DNA of 61,932 bases, filler included, from Choristocarpus tenellus KU-1152 (GCA_964200185.2; 13 parts of 13 records of this genome joined end to end with filler, not necessarily neighbours in it); one strand, 5' to 3'. Shown: positions 27,234-41,673, counted from the whole stretch's first letter. The notes: generated by a model not told the origin, from the letters alone. Translations and numbers: made by a program.

Positions 27234-27949
27234 ACAATTTCTAGAGACTCCAGAGTTATCGCTTGTAATCTGTTCATTGTTTAATTAATATGCAAGAAGA
27301 ATCTCAAATCATATCACCCCCTGGACTCCTCTTCATTTTCACTACAGGCCGGATACCCTGAAAGGAAAGTATATCCACCCCAGTGACCCCACAAACTGTG
27401 GGTGAATGTCGTATCACAAAGAAAACTGGCACCCTGCATGCAGTTTGAGGATGAAGAGCAATGGAACAAATATCTGCAGCACAGATTTCTCCACAAGATT
27501 TGAGCTGAGTTCTTGAGCATCCCCCCCTCCCCTCCTTGCATTTTATCCACATAACTCTGGCACATGTAAACACTCAACAACCTAACCTTCCATATTTCAC
27601 ACCCAAAGAGGCAATGAAGGTGCATCACAGGTTCCACGCCATCTGTGTCTGCCTGCCTTATTCCCCCCTTATAAATGCAATCCACACACGCGCTAAATCT
27701 CACATTGCTTTGGGCACCCAGCAAAGTATTCATCATATTTTAAAAAATGCACGTCTGGAGAGTGTTCTCTGAGCCGCCCCACTCTATCATTGCAAGGCTC
27801 TAAAAATGACAGGGATAGTTTCAATGCAGCTCCTCTTGACACAGTCCAACAACATTACAGAAATACAAGACGGCTGACTTGATACGAGGGGCTTGTCACA
27901 ATCCAATCCAGTCTTGACCACATCTCGCTCCATAAGTAATCCACCTAAG

Positions 27950-28730
27950 AAGTGATGACACTTGCTTCTATCCTCCAATCTGGTGCCACCCTAGTCATCA
28001 GTAAGGCAGTACAAAACAAAGCAGGGGGGAAATATGTACAGTAGTTCAAATCTCTACAGCTGGGAATACAAAATTGCAATGCATGAGGCAGAGGACTGGT
28101 CTGATAGAGACCATAACAAATTGTGAAGCCACCACAACTGCTATTTCTTTTCCCTTCTCCATGAAAAAGCAAGGTGAAGCAAACTCCCTGGAAGCCTCAG
28201 AGGAACAGGAAAGGGTACGAAACAACTCCGCTCAGACCCCCGAAATAATTCTTTCAAGGAGTCAAAGAAGGCTGAAAAACAGCTCCAACAAGTTACAGTG
28301 TCTACCTTGCAGTTCGTTCTTGACACCTATATCGGCAAGATAGAAGTCATTTTTCACCCTAAGGATCAACCCAGTTTCTACCAATCCCTGAAAAGCTTTA
28401 ATGTCGAGCGAACCAGAGAGAGTGCCTCTCAGTACATCTGTGATGAGTACGGATGGCTACTCAGGGAGAGGTAACCATCATGGAAAGGTTGAAGAGATTT
28501 TTTACAGCTCTTCTTAAAAGCAAGTTGGTTGATCTCAAACCTCATGATACCGAAGCCCTCGATCAACAACCCACTTCCATGACCCTCCTTACTCCATTAA
28601 CCATGATGGAAGTGTCCGAAGCACTCCGGGTGATGGGAAATGGGAAGTCTACGGGTTCGAAAAATGTTCCAGTTGAGCTCCTAAAGCTTGGCCTATATGT
28701 GAATATCGGTATCCTCCAGGGTTTCCATTT
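27950..28730 (+). mobile_element. LINE (RTE-like) ORF2 remnant truncated by MITE B
   Basis: ERLKRFFTALL...PLTMMEVSEALRVMGNGKSTGSKNVPVELLKLG resembles the pre-RT pattern EV..A...M.N.KA.GPD..P.ELLK. Confidence 0.75.
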
Positions 28731-31700
28731 GACCCAAAGTATCTGGGAGGGGGGGGGGGGGGGGGACACAGTTTGAAGGGGTCGTGGGGGGNNNNNNNNN
28801 NNNNNNNNNNNNNNNNNNNNNNNNNNNNNNNNNNNTTAATTAATTAANNNNNNNNNNNNNNNNNNNNNNNNNNNNNNNNNNNNNNNNNNNNGGACAGCTA
28901 ACAAAGGCTCAAAGCATCTGGGGGGAGGGGGGGGGAGCTACACCAGGGTGTCCATTCGGGCCCTGACCAGGAGAAGTCTACTTACATTATCCATACAACG
29001 CATGCAACCAAATTCACCAAAAAGATCGCAACATGGAAAAATCGGTCCTGAATGGACAGCCGCCACCCCCCCAAGTACTTTGAGCCAAACATCGGTTGCT
29101 CAGGTTACAAGTGCAAACCAAGTCAAATATCCCCGTGACATATTCATCAGCCCAGCGTGTGTCATGTGGTGCATGCAAAGGCAAATACCTTTCAACGAGA
29201 AGCTATTTTCTGGGCGAGAGAGAGAAAGTAGAATAGATTCCACTACCTGCCATTGATTGAAAAACGACAATAAAAAAATTAGCTCTATTCTGGTGTAAGG
29301 GGGTCTAGGGATGCTGCTCCAATCTTAATTGGGGGTTGTCCACAATCCGCAGTCTAAAAATCTCCTAAAAACCCACCTGTATGGGATTTCTTTTGTTTAG
29401 TTTTGTTTTGCAAAGACATAATTAAATTGTACTTGTATGATCAGTGGGTGTCTGTAAGAATCGTCAGATCTCCACCCCTTCCTTCTACCTGTACTCTAAC
29501 CATTTATTGTTTAACATTATTGAGGGAGTATTTGAAGCAGGATGTGGTTTGTTTGAAGCTGTCCAGCATGGTCCTGGTCTGTGATGCCTCTTTGATAATC
29601 AACTTTGCACAGGTACAGACCCCCACGTCGCATAACCCCCGCCCCTTCTACCCGAGCATAATGTGCCTACTAACTATTAGAGCTTCTCCTTCCTCTCTTT
29701 CCCCAGGAACAGAACATACACTCTCCTCCTGTGCCCGTCCTCCTGGTGTTGGTCCTGCACGTGGCTGCTTATTAGGAATAGATGTTGATCCTATTCTTTG
29801 CCCCTGGCACAATACCCACGGGTTTTTACCTAGACATAACCCATGGACCGCTCCTTTCCACTAGGAGCTCTCCGACTACTAACTGCTCGAGCTTCCCCTC
29901 CTTTTCCCCCCACAGTGCAGCTCCTATCTGTCTGTTACCCACTCATACTATTGCACCCTGTCCTGGCTATTAGAAAGGTCGGCATCAGCCTAATAATACC
30001 GATGCTGCAAGTAAAATACAGGGACATTTCACAGGATTGCCGTTCAACAGGATTGTTGCAACAAGTGTCATCGAAACTCGGCGGAGTGAAAGTACTTAGA
30101 GGGTAAGAGTTTTGCCCTGTTTGTCCATTTGGGGCTTGGGTTATCCCGGGTTTTTTATGACATTTTCCCACTACAAAATATTTTGGAGTAGGTATAACAT
30201 ATACGTTATGAAAGTCTATGTCCGGAACAAGGATATTGACACTTCCTAACAAACACGATAGCCAAAATTACATCAAAATCACAACATTGGATTTTGGCCC
30301 CAAATGGACGCGGCTGTACCCTCTAAGATACTTTGGCACAGCAGTAGCCTCTTGTGGTTGTTGCAAGTGTCATACAAGATTAATCGACAAGCCTCGACAG
30401 TATTGTCACAACATCACACCTGGAACCATGAGCGTGAATGAAAGGTCAAACAGTGCCAGACTGACAACGAATATTGGTCGCCAAGGGTATGAAGTTGAAA
30501 CTAAGTCAAACGCCTTGGAGACATACTTGTGAGCCCTGTGTGATATCTGGTACAAGCAAATGCAAATACCCTCCAACAATCCCTATGAGTAGCATTGTGG
30601 AAAGTGAATAGATTGTGTGACATACTTTGGTAGGGTTTAGCGTGTGATGATGACTAAACACTTCTAGGATGTGGGCCAATGGTCCTACCATAACTGTTTT
30701 TTTCCACTATAAAACAAAAATAATAAAAAATTATTCAACGAGTTACAGAGGGGCCACAAATATAAAAACGATGAAAATCACCACAACGCGTTTAGCATCT
30801 CTAAAACTCTGCACCTACAACAAATAAGTTTGGTTCACTCCACAAAGATGTGCATACTACAACTGTAACCTGCTATCGGTGCTATAGCAGTGCTGAAAGC
30901 GTATCGCCCAAGAAAGGGGACCAGAGATTTTGAGGGCGCGAAGTGAAAGCTCCTTCATAATAATATTACCAAAGCCACAGTGCCTCCTTTAGTGGTAGAT
31001 GTTCTCCTTCTTTTTATTTTCTCCCACCACAGTCCCGCATGGGTTTGTCCAGGAAAACCCTAGCTGTTCCTGTTTGTTCTCCATGGAAAATTGGAGCACC
31101 ATGGGTACTAACTGGCACGGTCTCTCCTTCTCACACTCCCTCCAGGCAGAGTCCCCAACTTTGACCCACTTCAAGAATTATTGCACCCTGCGGTATCCCA
31201 CCCAGACTGTACAAATTCGGCAGTAACCCAATATGTTATGTCGTGAGTGAGACACAGGAAAACTTCACAGAATTATCGCTCGAAAGCACAAGTTCGTCTG
31301 AGATTTTGATATTTTTCAACAGGTGTAATTCTGTTGACAAACTGTAAGATCTTATTGTAAAGGGAGGTACTGGGATCAAGCACACAACTGGATGCTGATG
31401 TGGGGGACAGAAGGAAAGAGAAATATCAACAGTATCTTCTGTACCAAACGTTAGTCTGAGGCACAAGATTTCGTGGGTTTGAAACCCTTTGATGTCAAAC
31501 TTCTTTTCACCGAAATAGACTTTCAGTTATCCAATTCTACCTGGCAAGCGCGAAGAATTATGCAACTGAATTATTCTGTCTGTTGCTATACAACAAATAT
31601 GCCAACCAAAGCTTGAAGTGGCAACCTGGACGTGGGTCCCGCACAAAATTCCAGGGAGGGGGTGGAGTGACAATGAGTGGTATTGCTGGACCCAACGCAC

Positions 31701-32331
31701 AAAGAGCAAGGCGTGGATGGAGGGATTGTAACTAGTAATAGTATACCAGTTTGTTACAGTATTTTCTAAAGTATGAGAGGCATAATAGTGCAGTGTGGAG
31801 TGTCTCTGACAACGACCTGGGATAGTCCGTTGACTAAAGTGATGTTGCTGCTCTACTATTCATTTTTGATTGTTTGAAGTAGTTTGTACAATACTTTTAT
31901 ACTATTATACTATGTAGCAACTAGTAAAACAAGTTAAGGGAACGTTCAAATGTAGAGGTATCATGTGTTAGCTACTTCGACTCTTGTCTGCCCCCTATTG
32001 AGCTTTTGCTTCGTCTGTCCTCTGCGTTAGCAACATCAATGTATCGGAATATTGATATCAGAATTACCGTAAATTGAATACATATGTTACAGGCGAATAG
32101 CGTGAGCGTTTCTTCTTGTATTTCAACGAAGTTTGAGCATTTGTTACACACGAATAGCACGAGCATTTTCTTGTTATGTTTCAGGAAATACGAACATTTG
32201 TAACAGACGTAGAGCGTGAGGATTGTTTCTTNNNNNNNNNNNNNNNNNNNNNNNNNNNNNNNNNNNNNNNNNNNNTTAATTAATTAANNNNNNNNNNNNN
32301 NNNNNNNNNNNNNNNNNNNNNNNNNNNNNNN

Positions 32332-35300
32332 GGATTGACGGCCTCATCAAAACATCGCTGCATCTCAATTGGGACGAGGGTCTGCCCCAAGGCTTCCGGC
32401 AGGCAGGAAGGGCCTATCACGCATTCTTGAACGAGAGACGTGGATACCTGCAACATCATGTGTGTACATGTGACAGCCCAACCATGTGGCATTCAAGGGT
32501 TTGCCATGCGATAAGGTTACATCACGTACGTAGGGGTTATTCCGGCGTTGGTTAAAGATCTTGAGGTGTACCGCAGCACGTTTGTTTTTTCGTGTGGGCA
32601 AGGAAGACATTACGACGTACTGACACTCACACACAAAGTCTTGGGGTCTCGCGATTTCTGTTTGTGGTGTGGGTCACCGCGTGCACCGTGTTTGCAATGT
32701 GTAAACATGGATAAGGAAACATCACTACCACAACTGCACACCCGACACCTATCCATAGCGAACCAAGACAGACAAGAAGTAGGAAAGAAATGGAAAAAAG
32801 TCGGCACATCTTATTGCCTTCCACTTGCGAAACATTGACGAAGAAACATCACTACCACAACTGCATGACCGACACCTATCCATAGGGAACCAAGACAAAC
32901 AAGTAGTTGGAAAAAATGGAAAAAAGTCAGGACACCCTTCTTACCTTCCACTTGCCGTCCTTGTAGGCTCGGCCGAAGGAGGTCTCCATCTTCTCTTTCA
33001 CCTCGTCCTTTGACGCCGCGTTGGACACGAACACCTCCACCCTCCTGCTCCGTTCAAGGGCCCCCTCCACCACGTTGTGCCTCTCTGCGCTGTAGGAGAC
33101 GACGGTGTCCCCAGGATTCGTGTACCTATCATAGGAGGGCAGTTCGTAAATTATCCCGAGGAGTACATTGTATTGCGCACGGATTCATCATATCACAATA
33201 TATGAGTAACGTAACGATACAGGGCAACACACTCTTGGTGCGGTTTGACGCTTAACGTACTGATTGAGGGAAACACACTCGTATTACGGTTTGACACCCC
33301 TGAACCGTCGCCCAGCTTGTTGTGTTACTGTTAAACGATTATCTACACCTATACAAAAAAAGTCGCTGCTCCCGTGAAGAAGGGTGTGTGTGACGTTATT
33401 AACGAACCTGTTAACGAGGAAGTGGAGGGACCTCATGGGGATGTCCGTTGCAGCACCTTCAAACTCGACGTAAAACATGGTTTGGAGTACTGGAGGAGAT
33501 GTATCACTCCCGTGGCTAAAGATGTCGTTGACGGTGACTCGCTTGTTGCATGTGAACTCTGTCCCATCGTTGTGGGCGAGAAGAATCATGTCCTGACAAC
33601 ATCTGAGATGGTTATCAGTGCCTGCGAGAGGGCGCCCCCCTCCCCTCGTCTTGTACATTATAAGCAGGGGATGATCCTCCACAACCAACCAAGCCCACCT
33701 TCGACGCCATAAGAGCCCCTGAATGAAGAGAAGGCAGGAGCGAGCGCGTGGGTCCGGCATTCGTCAACTTGACAGTGACATCACACAAGTACAGTATTCT
33801 TGGGCTTCATGAAATCACTTACCACTAACATGATAATAGTACAACAAGTGTGGAGCGCAAGCTAAATAACAAATGCAAAAATACAAACAATATGAAATTC
33901 TGTAATAGAAGGAAAGACGGCAAAAATAATGTAGTGAAGACAAGTAACACCAGCATGCGATTCACGGACAATGAAACAAAGAACTGCGAAGGACCCAGGG
34001 GAAAGAGCAAGAGACACAAACGGAAATAGAAGGTACGAAGAACATGAAACAACATGGGGAAAGCGAAAAAGAAAGACACACGACATAATCCGCATCTCCT
34101 GAACGGCCGCACAATATTCGATGGGCATACGGACGGACTGATAACGGCCATGGCGGATTGCAATAGTCTCCCGAAATACACCCCGTATTTCAGCGCTGGC
34201 GAACTCTGCAACTCACCGTTTAGGCGGTGTGCTTGCGCGGCCCACGGGTGGGGCACAAATAGCGCGATGGTGCCCTGAGGATGTATCTTCACTTGCAAGC
34301 ACTTAACCACCTGGTGCAAGTGTGTGTTGGTCCCCTCTTCGTCATTGACGAGTCTTGGCTCGGCGGCAATGGACACTATGGCAAGCTTTGGTGCGTTGCG
34401 GAAGGCGAAATCTTTCAGGCGGTCTAAGGGTATCGTAGGGTCGAGGGGGCGAAGGTTGTGTAGTGCAGTGTTCTCAGTCCTGGTTGGGCATCAATGACAC
34501 ACGACACAGTACACAGACAGCACGACAAGAAGGACAGCGTCGTAAACAATGATGCAGGCAATCGTATCATTAAGTGAGGTCCTGACAATATTTCCACGGC
34601 ATCCCCAAAATGTCAAGCCGTACCCTCCACAATGCCAGACCCATCAGATACATCTCGTGGAAGGAGAGGAGAAGTCAAAACATTAAGTTCCATGGCCCAA
34701 GGAAACCTCCAAAAAAATGTCACATCCAACACACAAAGGACGAGCAATCCACATGATGTGCAACCAGCCAAGACCTATGTGCAAACCAACACGAAACCGA
34801 ACACGCAGATACGACTTGTATGTCCGTATAATGTGCAACCACGCCGAGACCCACATGCACTTCTCCATGTCCGCCGTTTCGCTGCGTGAGGGGGGACGTA
34901 AAAGGCTTTGCCTAGAGGGTGACCCGCCCGCGCTCCTTGCGTGACCCTTACCCTTGCCCTTGCCCTTGCCCCGACCCGCCGCTTCGTTCCCCACCGATCC
35001 AGACCCTTCACTGCCCTCCTGTGCCATGGGGAAATTGATACATAATAGATCCTTGTGCCTCTCGTCGCCCACAATCTCCACGTAGGCATATTCGCCCATG
35101 TGCGTGATGGAGCACTTTGGGCATGAATACCTGTCACGCGTGGCATTGAACGAGAGCGTCAAACAGACAGGATAGTATTTTTCCAAATTATTAATTGGGC
35201 GCAACAACGCAACGCGGGGATCCACGGTTACGAAGGACCACGAAATTGGCGGCGCAAAACAGTACGAAGTAGTACAGGTGAGATACAACAGTCGGTGATG

Positions 35301-35881
35301 TACATGCATTAAAAACAATCAGGCTGTGGCAAATAAGGAGACGTGGGGGTAGTGACCGCAGCGCCACACACAGAGGGACCCCGCAAGTTCCACCGGTTCA
35401 ATGGTGTGTGCCGCTGAAAAGAGACAACCTAGTTAGCCGTTCGGGGGATTGGATGAAAACCAATCTTACCATTAATTACCCGCCATCCCCGCGTGCACCG
35501 TTACAACTACATTAATCACCGAGACGTAGGTGGAGGATTGCATTCAGTACAGCAAACGCCCGCATTCCACCCTCCATGGCCGTTTTGTTCTTCTTCCGCA
35601 CCAGGAACGCTGCCGACAGAACCCCCTTTGCCCGTATCCTCCCTGTCTGGCAGTCCGTCCCTTCCCTCGTCTCCGTCCCCTCCTTTGTGTTTGCACCCTC
35701 CCTCGTCTTCTTTCTCACGGCCATCTGATGCCGATCCGTTGTTGCTCTCGACGTCTGCGCCGCCGCCATCACAGCCTTGCCCACTGTGAACCTGGTGGAG
35801 GTTGACCTGGTTGAGGACATCCTGATATTTCCCATCCCAGGCGGTGAGGTAAGCAAGTAGAGTCGAGTCCTTCTCGAGAAT
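32332..35881 (-). CDS. Multi-exon gene with a divergent N6/N4 DNA amino-methyltransferase-like fold (probable exons 34217-34479, 33408-33718, 32945-33125, 32631-32657, 32332-32447, plus upstream exons)
   Basis: GT-AG junctions give ...KIHPQGTIALFV...VVEDHPLLIMYK...CQDMILLAH...DIPMRSLHFLVNR/YTNPGDTV...GALERSRRVEVF. One apparent 4-nt (GGTT) duplication near 33690 shifts the frame. Confidence 0.55.
32716..32956. repeat. Tandem duplication (~127-bp unit, 2 copies) at an intron 5' end
   Basis: GAAACATCACTACCACAACTGCA...CCTTCCACTTGC occurs twice. Only the second copy keeps the intact donor. Confidence 0.8.
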
Positions 35882-36785
35882 CTGGTGGTGGACACGGCGG
35901 AGGACGTTGTTGAGGAGAGGAGGGGACGATGGTGACGTCAAAAATAGGAGAGTGTAATGGAAGAACGATAGCATGTCAATCGAACAGAGCAAACGATACG
36001 GTTGATGTGGTGAACGTGTTTAATGGAGGCGGCTTGCGGGGCGAAATAGTTTGAAATAATTCAATGTCGAGGATGCCAGTCTGTCTTTAGGTTACGACAG
36101 TGACACGTGTTGGAGGCAGAAACGAGGTGGAGATTGACCAAGATCGTTGCCTAGAGTTGAAGGAAACGATTGTCTATTCCCGCTATTAGCAACGAAAGAC
36201 TAGATCTGACAAAACAGCATCGTTTGTTGTAGGGAAGGCAACTCTGTCGCTCATGATGATGACGAAGACCCACCACCAATCCTACCAAGCGTCAACTAAT
36301 TGTTTTTGTACAAGCCAGCACAAATGTAATTACGAACACAGGAGGCACACTCACAGCTCTGACCTGTTGCGGAGGTTTCATTCCGACTACCGTCGAGATG
36401 TTTGCCCTCNNNNNNNNNNNNNNNNNNNNNNNNNNNNNNNNNNNNNNNNNNNNTTAATTAATTAANNNNNNNNNNNNNNNNNNNNNNNNNNNNNNNNNNN
36501 NNNNNNNNNGCGCCCTCCCCTTCCTCGATTACCACCCCCCCCCCATCATTTCCCTTCCCCCCCCCCCCCCCCCCCCCCCCCCCTCCCCTTTTCCCGTGGT
36601 TCTCCTGTCTTCCCATATATACTCATAAACTCCGTTCATCCATTTGAACGTGACTTCCCTCTGACTTGTCTGTCCTTCCTATGCACCTCCTGAGTGTTTC
36701 TGACCCCCTCCTTCTTGGCGTGTATTTGTTTTGCAATGGCCTTACTTTTTTTCTTTTTTCTTTTTTTTTGGGGGGGGGGGTGCAG

Positions 36786-36905
36786 TTTGGGACGACCACA
36801 TTGAAAGAGCACTACGATCGGATCGCAGTAGAGGGGAATGAGTACGATCCCTACACAACAATGTTCTCCGCCAAGATTTCTCAAGCAAAGAAGATGGTGG
36901 ACTGA
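36786..36905 (+). CDS. Terminal exon of an unidentified gene
   Basis: After TGCAG: [39 protein letters not shown]-stop, followed by microsatellite-rich UTR-like sequence. Confidence 0.5.
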   Translation, partial: FGTTTLKEHYDRIAVEGNEYDPYTTMFSAKISQAKKMVD

Positions 36906-37876
36906 TGATCGATTGATCGATTGGTTGATTGATTGCGATCTGTGTGTGTTCGTGTATGTGTGTGTTCGTGTCCTCTGTATGGTTGCAGTCTCTGCCCTCT
37001 CTCTCTCTCTCTCTCTTGTGTGTGTGTGTGTGTGTGTTGCCTTTCATGTCTTGCTTTCGAGATTTTCAGGTTGGGGGGGGGCATGATTGGATTGCTTGAT
37101 GATGGGCCTCATTTGAAAGAAAGGGACCACTGGTCTCAGCTGGACAGCGGAAGAGATGGAAGAAAGAGGAAAAAGAAACAAATTATATTTTCTTTTTTTT
37201 CACTGCTTGGAAATTTCTTTGTGCTGTTTTTGTTGCTTGTGCGTGAGCTTTTTTTCTTTTTTTCTTAAAAAAAAAGAAAAAGGTTAGTTGTATCGTGTTG
37301 TGTTAGAAAGAAATGTGTATTGGTGAGCATTTTGAAATGTTTTGCCTAGCCGACGAGAAAAGCTCTTGTTCAGAGAAAAAGTTGCTAGAGAGTTGAGATG
37401 GGGGTAGGAGGTGGATGGATGGATGGATTACGGTGAGTTTTGGTCCATTTTGTGTACTGTCCTTCATAGACAGCTGATGAACCTTGTGCGCAACTTGGTG
37501 TGTTTTGATCCGTCAACGGTGTGCATTGTGTGTGTGTGTGTGTAATAGGAGGATGTTAGGCCTTACCTACAAAGAACTCTACGATACTTGCAACTGCTGC
37601 CCTAGGTCTGGGGAACTGGTGAGATAAGTGGACGATGCAGTCCTTAGTTGAGGGCAATGTTGATGTGAAGGAATGTGGGAAACCTCCCCCCTTTTTGTTT
37701 CTGGTGGAATAAAGATGTTTCAACAATGTTATTTACCCGAGAGACAAGGAGGTTTGGTGGAAGGGAAGACTGAGGTGCACGGGGGATGTTTTTCTGCCTC
37801 TTAGCAGTTGTGGACTGAAAAGGTCTCTGTGAGCCCCCCCATGGTGTATGGTGCACACACGAAGGCATTAAGGTGT

Positions 37877-38053
37877 TGGAGCTACTATCTACTATCACAA
37901 CACAAGTGAATCGACTTCCAACACTATGAAACCACTTGCAATCTTCCACTCCAACACTTGAAGGTACAAAGATGTGTGGAGCTACTATCTACCATCACAA
38001 CACAAGTGAATCGACTTCCAACACCATGAAACCACTTGCAACCTTCCACTCCA
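37877..38053. repeat. Tandem duplication, ~100-bp period
   Basis: TGGAGCTACTATCTAC.ATCACAACACAAGTGAATCGACTTCCAACAC.ATGAAACCACTTGCAA.CTTCCACTCCA occurs twice. Confidence 0.85.
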
Positions 38054-41000
38054 CATCTTCAAAATTCTATTGATGATGGATCCCAAGCAATCCACCTGTG
38101 TGTACCCTATCACCAAAAGCGTTTGCTGGCATACTATTTTTCGTGGAAGGTATGGGGGATTGTCAGGTAGGCTAGGTGGAGTAGTTTCAGTGAGTGAGCA
38201 ATGTGTAGGCTTATTTAATCCTCTGTGGCAGCACTGCTGACAGTGCTGTGGATGTAGAGGATTTTGTGTCGAAGACGATGCTATTTTCAACTGCATGACA
38301 CATGTGCCTCTGTACGGAAAAGCTTTTCCTTGCACTTGACAACTCAGTATGAAAGCCATCTGACACTATTACTGTACTAGGTCGCCCTACAACATGCTCA
38401 CATTCAGTGGGCACAATAATGGGCATGGTCAATCCTGGGCTAGGAGCACTGTGAGCATGTGTTGGAGCGGATCTGTCTTGATTGGAGCAACTCTCACTGC
38501 AACACGCAATGGTTCTGAAAGGGATTTAAGTGTGTTGGTGCGAATAATGTGATGTATAGTGCACACCTCTGGCCTTTGGTGAATGATGAGTTATTTTCCC
38601 CTGTTGATGCGTTATGTGGAATGTGCATCAAACCCTATACTTGCACTGAATATTTAATAGTAATAGTAGGACGTGGTTAGAAGTTATACTTCTAGTACCA
38701 AGTACAGCATAATATTGCTCCCTCGGAGGTAATCTCAGGCAGACACTGATCTTTACCATGAGTCTCCATGTAATCCCAATTTGTTGCTGCTATAAATGGG
38801 CTGGTATCGTTCCTTTTCTTACGACAATACTAACGTGTCGTCATCAAATGGGAAGCATCTCTTATTTGCTGAACGGATACTGAATGCTCTTTGGACTGGA
38901 GCATACTTTTGAGTCCTAGTATCCTAGAGGGGGTGCCATTGAGTGTGGAGTATAGGGGGTCTCTGTGACTACCTCCTGGCACATCATGTGTTTCTAGAAC
39001 TCTCTCCCATCGACAGCATCGCGTTTAAACTGTGTGAACAAGCATTTACTTGTCTCCTCTTCTACAGCCATAACCTCCTCATTATGCGTCTTGGCTGCAT
39101 TTTGGGCGTGACAATTGGGGTTGTCAGATGGAAAATATTAGAAGCCTCCTTGGTATTCGAAAAGGCCTACGTCGACTTTCTCTAAGATACCAATAGATAT
39201 CATTGTGGAGCAGGCTACCAAATACAGAGTTTTTGGTGCAGATGGAACAGTATGACTGTGAAAGAGAAATGACAGTGTGTAGGAAATAATGTACTGTCAT
39301 CGATATATATATATATATTGGCGGTATACCTTACAACATCGTACCAATCCCCCAAAATCAGCAGGATCTGGTTGGCTGGAATCTCCGGTTTGGTCTCAAA
39401 TTGTCGAACCTAAGGTACCTTGGTCCAGAGTGTGTATTATCGCGACGTTTTGAAGTATAGTAGTGCCACAGGTGGGTACAGTCCAGCAGGGTGGTGGTAT
39501 ACAGTACGATACAAGGGAGTACGATTACTATATTTCATGATCTCCAAAATGTCAGAGGGCATAAATAACAATAGTGTATTACTAATGAAAGGGTTGGTTA
39601 ATATTAATATATACTCAATGCTTCATGTGCGCACAAGAAAAAAACGCGCGGGAAAACGTGCAAGCAAGAGCGCATTGCTAACTCCACTTCAAATGCTCGA
39701 ACAGTACTTCGAAGTACAAAAATCGACGTGCATGCATGTGTATGTATGTACGTATGCAGCATAATTCAGGGGCAGCAAGCAACTAGAAGAATGGATTATT
39801 TTTCCTTATTGCCCTTGTTGTCCTGAAGCAGTCCGTGCAACAGAAAAGCACTCATTTCAGAGCAATATCAGTAAGTATTAATAGTGGCGCCAAACTGTAG
39901 TTAGTTGGATATACTTCTTACGATGATACTTCACTGTGTATATATAGTAGTTAGTAGGATATACTCCTTACAATGATACTTCACCGTATATATATATTTA
40001 TGTAGAAATATCTGGATCGTCACGGAGAAGTTTCTTTGCGGGCGGAGGGAGTACGCACCAGGTTTCGAGGGGAGGAGGTGGAACGATGAGCAGTGGGACG
40101 GCTGAGCCCAACAGCAGGAGAAAATCTCAAGGCACGCACAAGGCGTTGAAACCTGAGTTCGTATGTGTTGTGCATTGTTGTGGTGTGTCTAGTTTGTGGC
40201 GAAGGATGTCATGGTGCAACAAAGCACCGTTGGACTTGTTCCGGTAGGCCTGACGACATGTTTTACTCAATCAGGCAATGGTTGATATGAAATGTACGAT
40301 CGTTCATTGAGACACTCAAGTAAAGAAATGCATGCCCTGGGGAGAGAGAGGCTTGTCACCTTGACTGAGAAGGGTTTCGGAGGACGTTTTTTAACTCCGT
40401 TTATATTGCATCCCGGCGTGTGTGTCTGTTACACATATTGCAGAGTGAGCAGGATGAATTATGAGAAGGACAATGGCCAGTCAAGAAAAATATTAATCAA
40501 AACATAATGTGGTACTGACAACTTTTTGTGCGAAGAAGAAGAAAAAGAGAAAAAAACAAAGAAGAAACGGGGAGACAAACTTGAATCAATATCTGAGGGA
40601 ACTGATGTGGCACGGGTGTTTGCAACCGGGTATTTCAGTGGGGGGAGGGGGGGGGGGGGAATATATAAAAATAGATGTTNNNNNNNNNNNNNNNNNNNNN
40701 NNNNNNNNNNNNNNNNNNNNNNNTTAATTAATTAANNNNNNNNNNNNNNNNNNNNNNNNNNNNNNNNNNNNNNNNNNNNCCCCCCAACCCCCAGACATAC
40801 TCTTTGACAACACAAACACAAGGCACAGAAACACAAGCAGACGTATAACTTTTGTGAAGAGTCTTTAACCTTTTTTTTTTCTGTTCCACAGATGTTGAGC
40901 TTTGCACACTGTGCCTTGGTGTGTCCAGGGTGTGCTTTTATTGTGCGAGGACAAACCGAGCTGGAGGAAGAGGAGATGATGCAAAGGATGAGGGCTGGGA

Positions 41001-41429
41001 GGTGTGGAATATGCAGGTGAGTAGTGCAGGGGTGGGCCCCTTACTACGAAGTAGGTAATAGTGCTATGTGTATTGTTGTGTATTGTTAAAACACTCTTGT
41101 ACTCTTGCATGTATTATTTCGAAATACTTACACCCGCGTGTAAGATATATAATATATATGCATACATCTTCATTTTTATCTGATTTTTTATTTTATTTGT
41201 GGTATCCCTGCAGCGTTTGCTTTTGTAATGTACGTGCAAGAACGTGTATTAAAAAAAAGAAATTAAAGAATGGCATCGTTGTACTAATGTGTGAATTGAT
41301 TTGTGAATTGATTTGTTAATTGATTTGTTAATTGATTTGTTAATTGATTTGTTGCCTCAAGCAGTACAGTGTGGTGGAAAGGATGATGGCAACTTCAGTC
41401 TCTTTTAGAATTTTTTTCGTCTTGTGATG

Positions 41430-41631
41430 TTTAGGGTTAGGGTTAGGGTTAGGGTTAGGGTTAGGGTTTGGGTAGTGCTTCATGGAGAATGACCTTTTGT
41501 GCGGTTGCTTACTCCAGAATGATTTTTGTAGTGTGCTCTGAGAGATGATAGTCCATGGGGGGGTGCGATGATGGCGGTTGCCTAGTGTTTGGGGCTCCAC
41601 CCTGGCAGCTCTGAGCATTGTACAGCGGACC

Positions 41632-41666
<35 letters not shown>

Positions 41667-41673
41667 GGTTAGG
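41430..41673 (+). repeat. Interstitial telomere-like (TTAGGG)n tracts (41430-41467 and 41631-41673)
   Basis: About six TTAGGG units in each tract. A 12-bp AATTGATTTGTT repeat lies just upstream (~41295-41352). Confidence 0.9.

Noticed and set aside
33284-33407. ORF tail ...QQAGRRFRGVKP as the methyltransferase C-terminus
   Set aside because: It lies beyond the AACAG|GTTCGT donor. The spliced YTNPGDTV exon fits the fold better.
36530-36590. Long C/G homopolymers as functional G-quadruplexes (also 61850-61880)
   Set aside because: They sit at contig ends where run lengths are unreliable, and there is no functional evidence.
40005-40630. Possible coding exons
   Set aside because: Low-complexity frames with stops; no consistent gene model.
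41430-41673. True chromosome end
   Set aside because: The tracts are short and flanked by other sequence on both sides.
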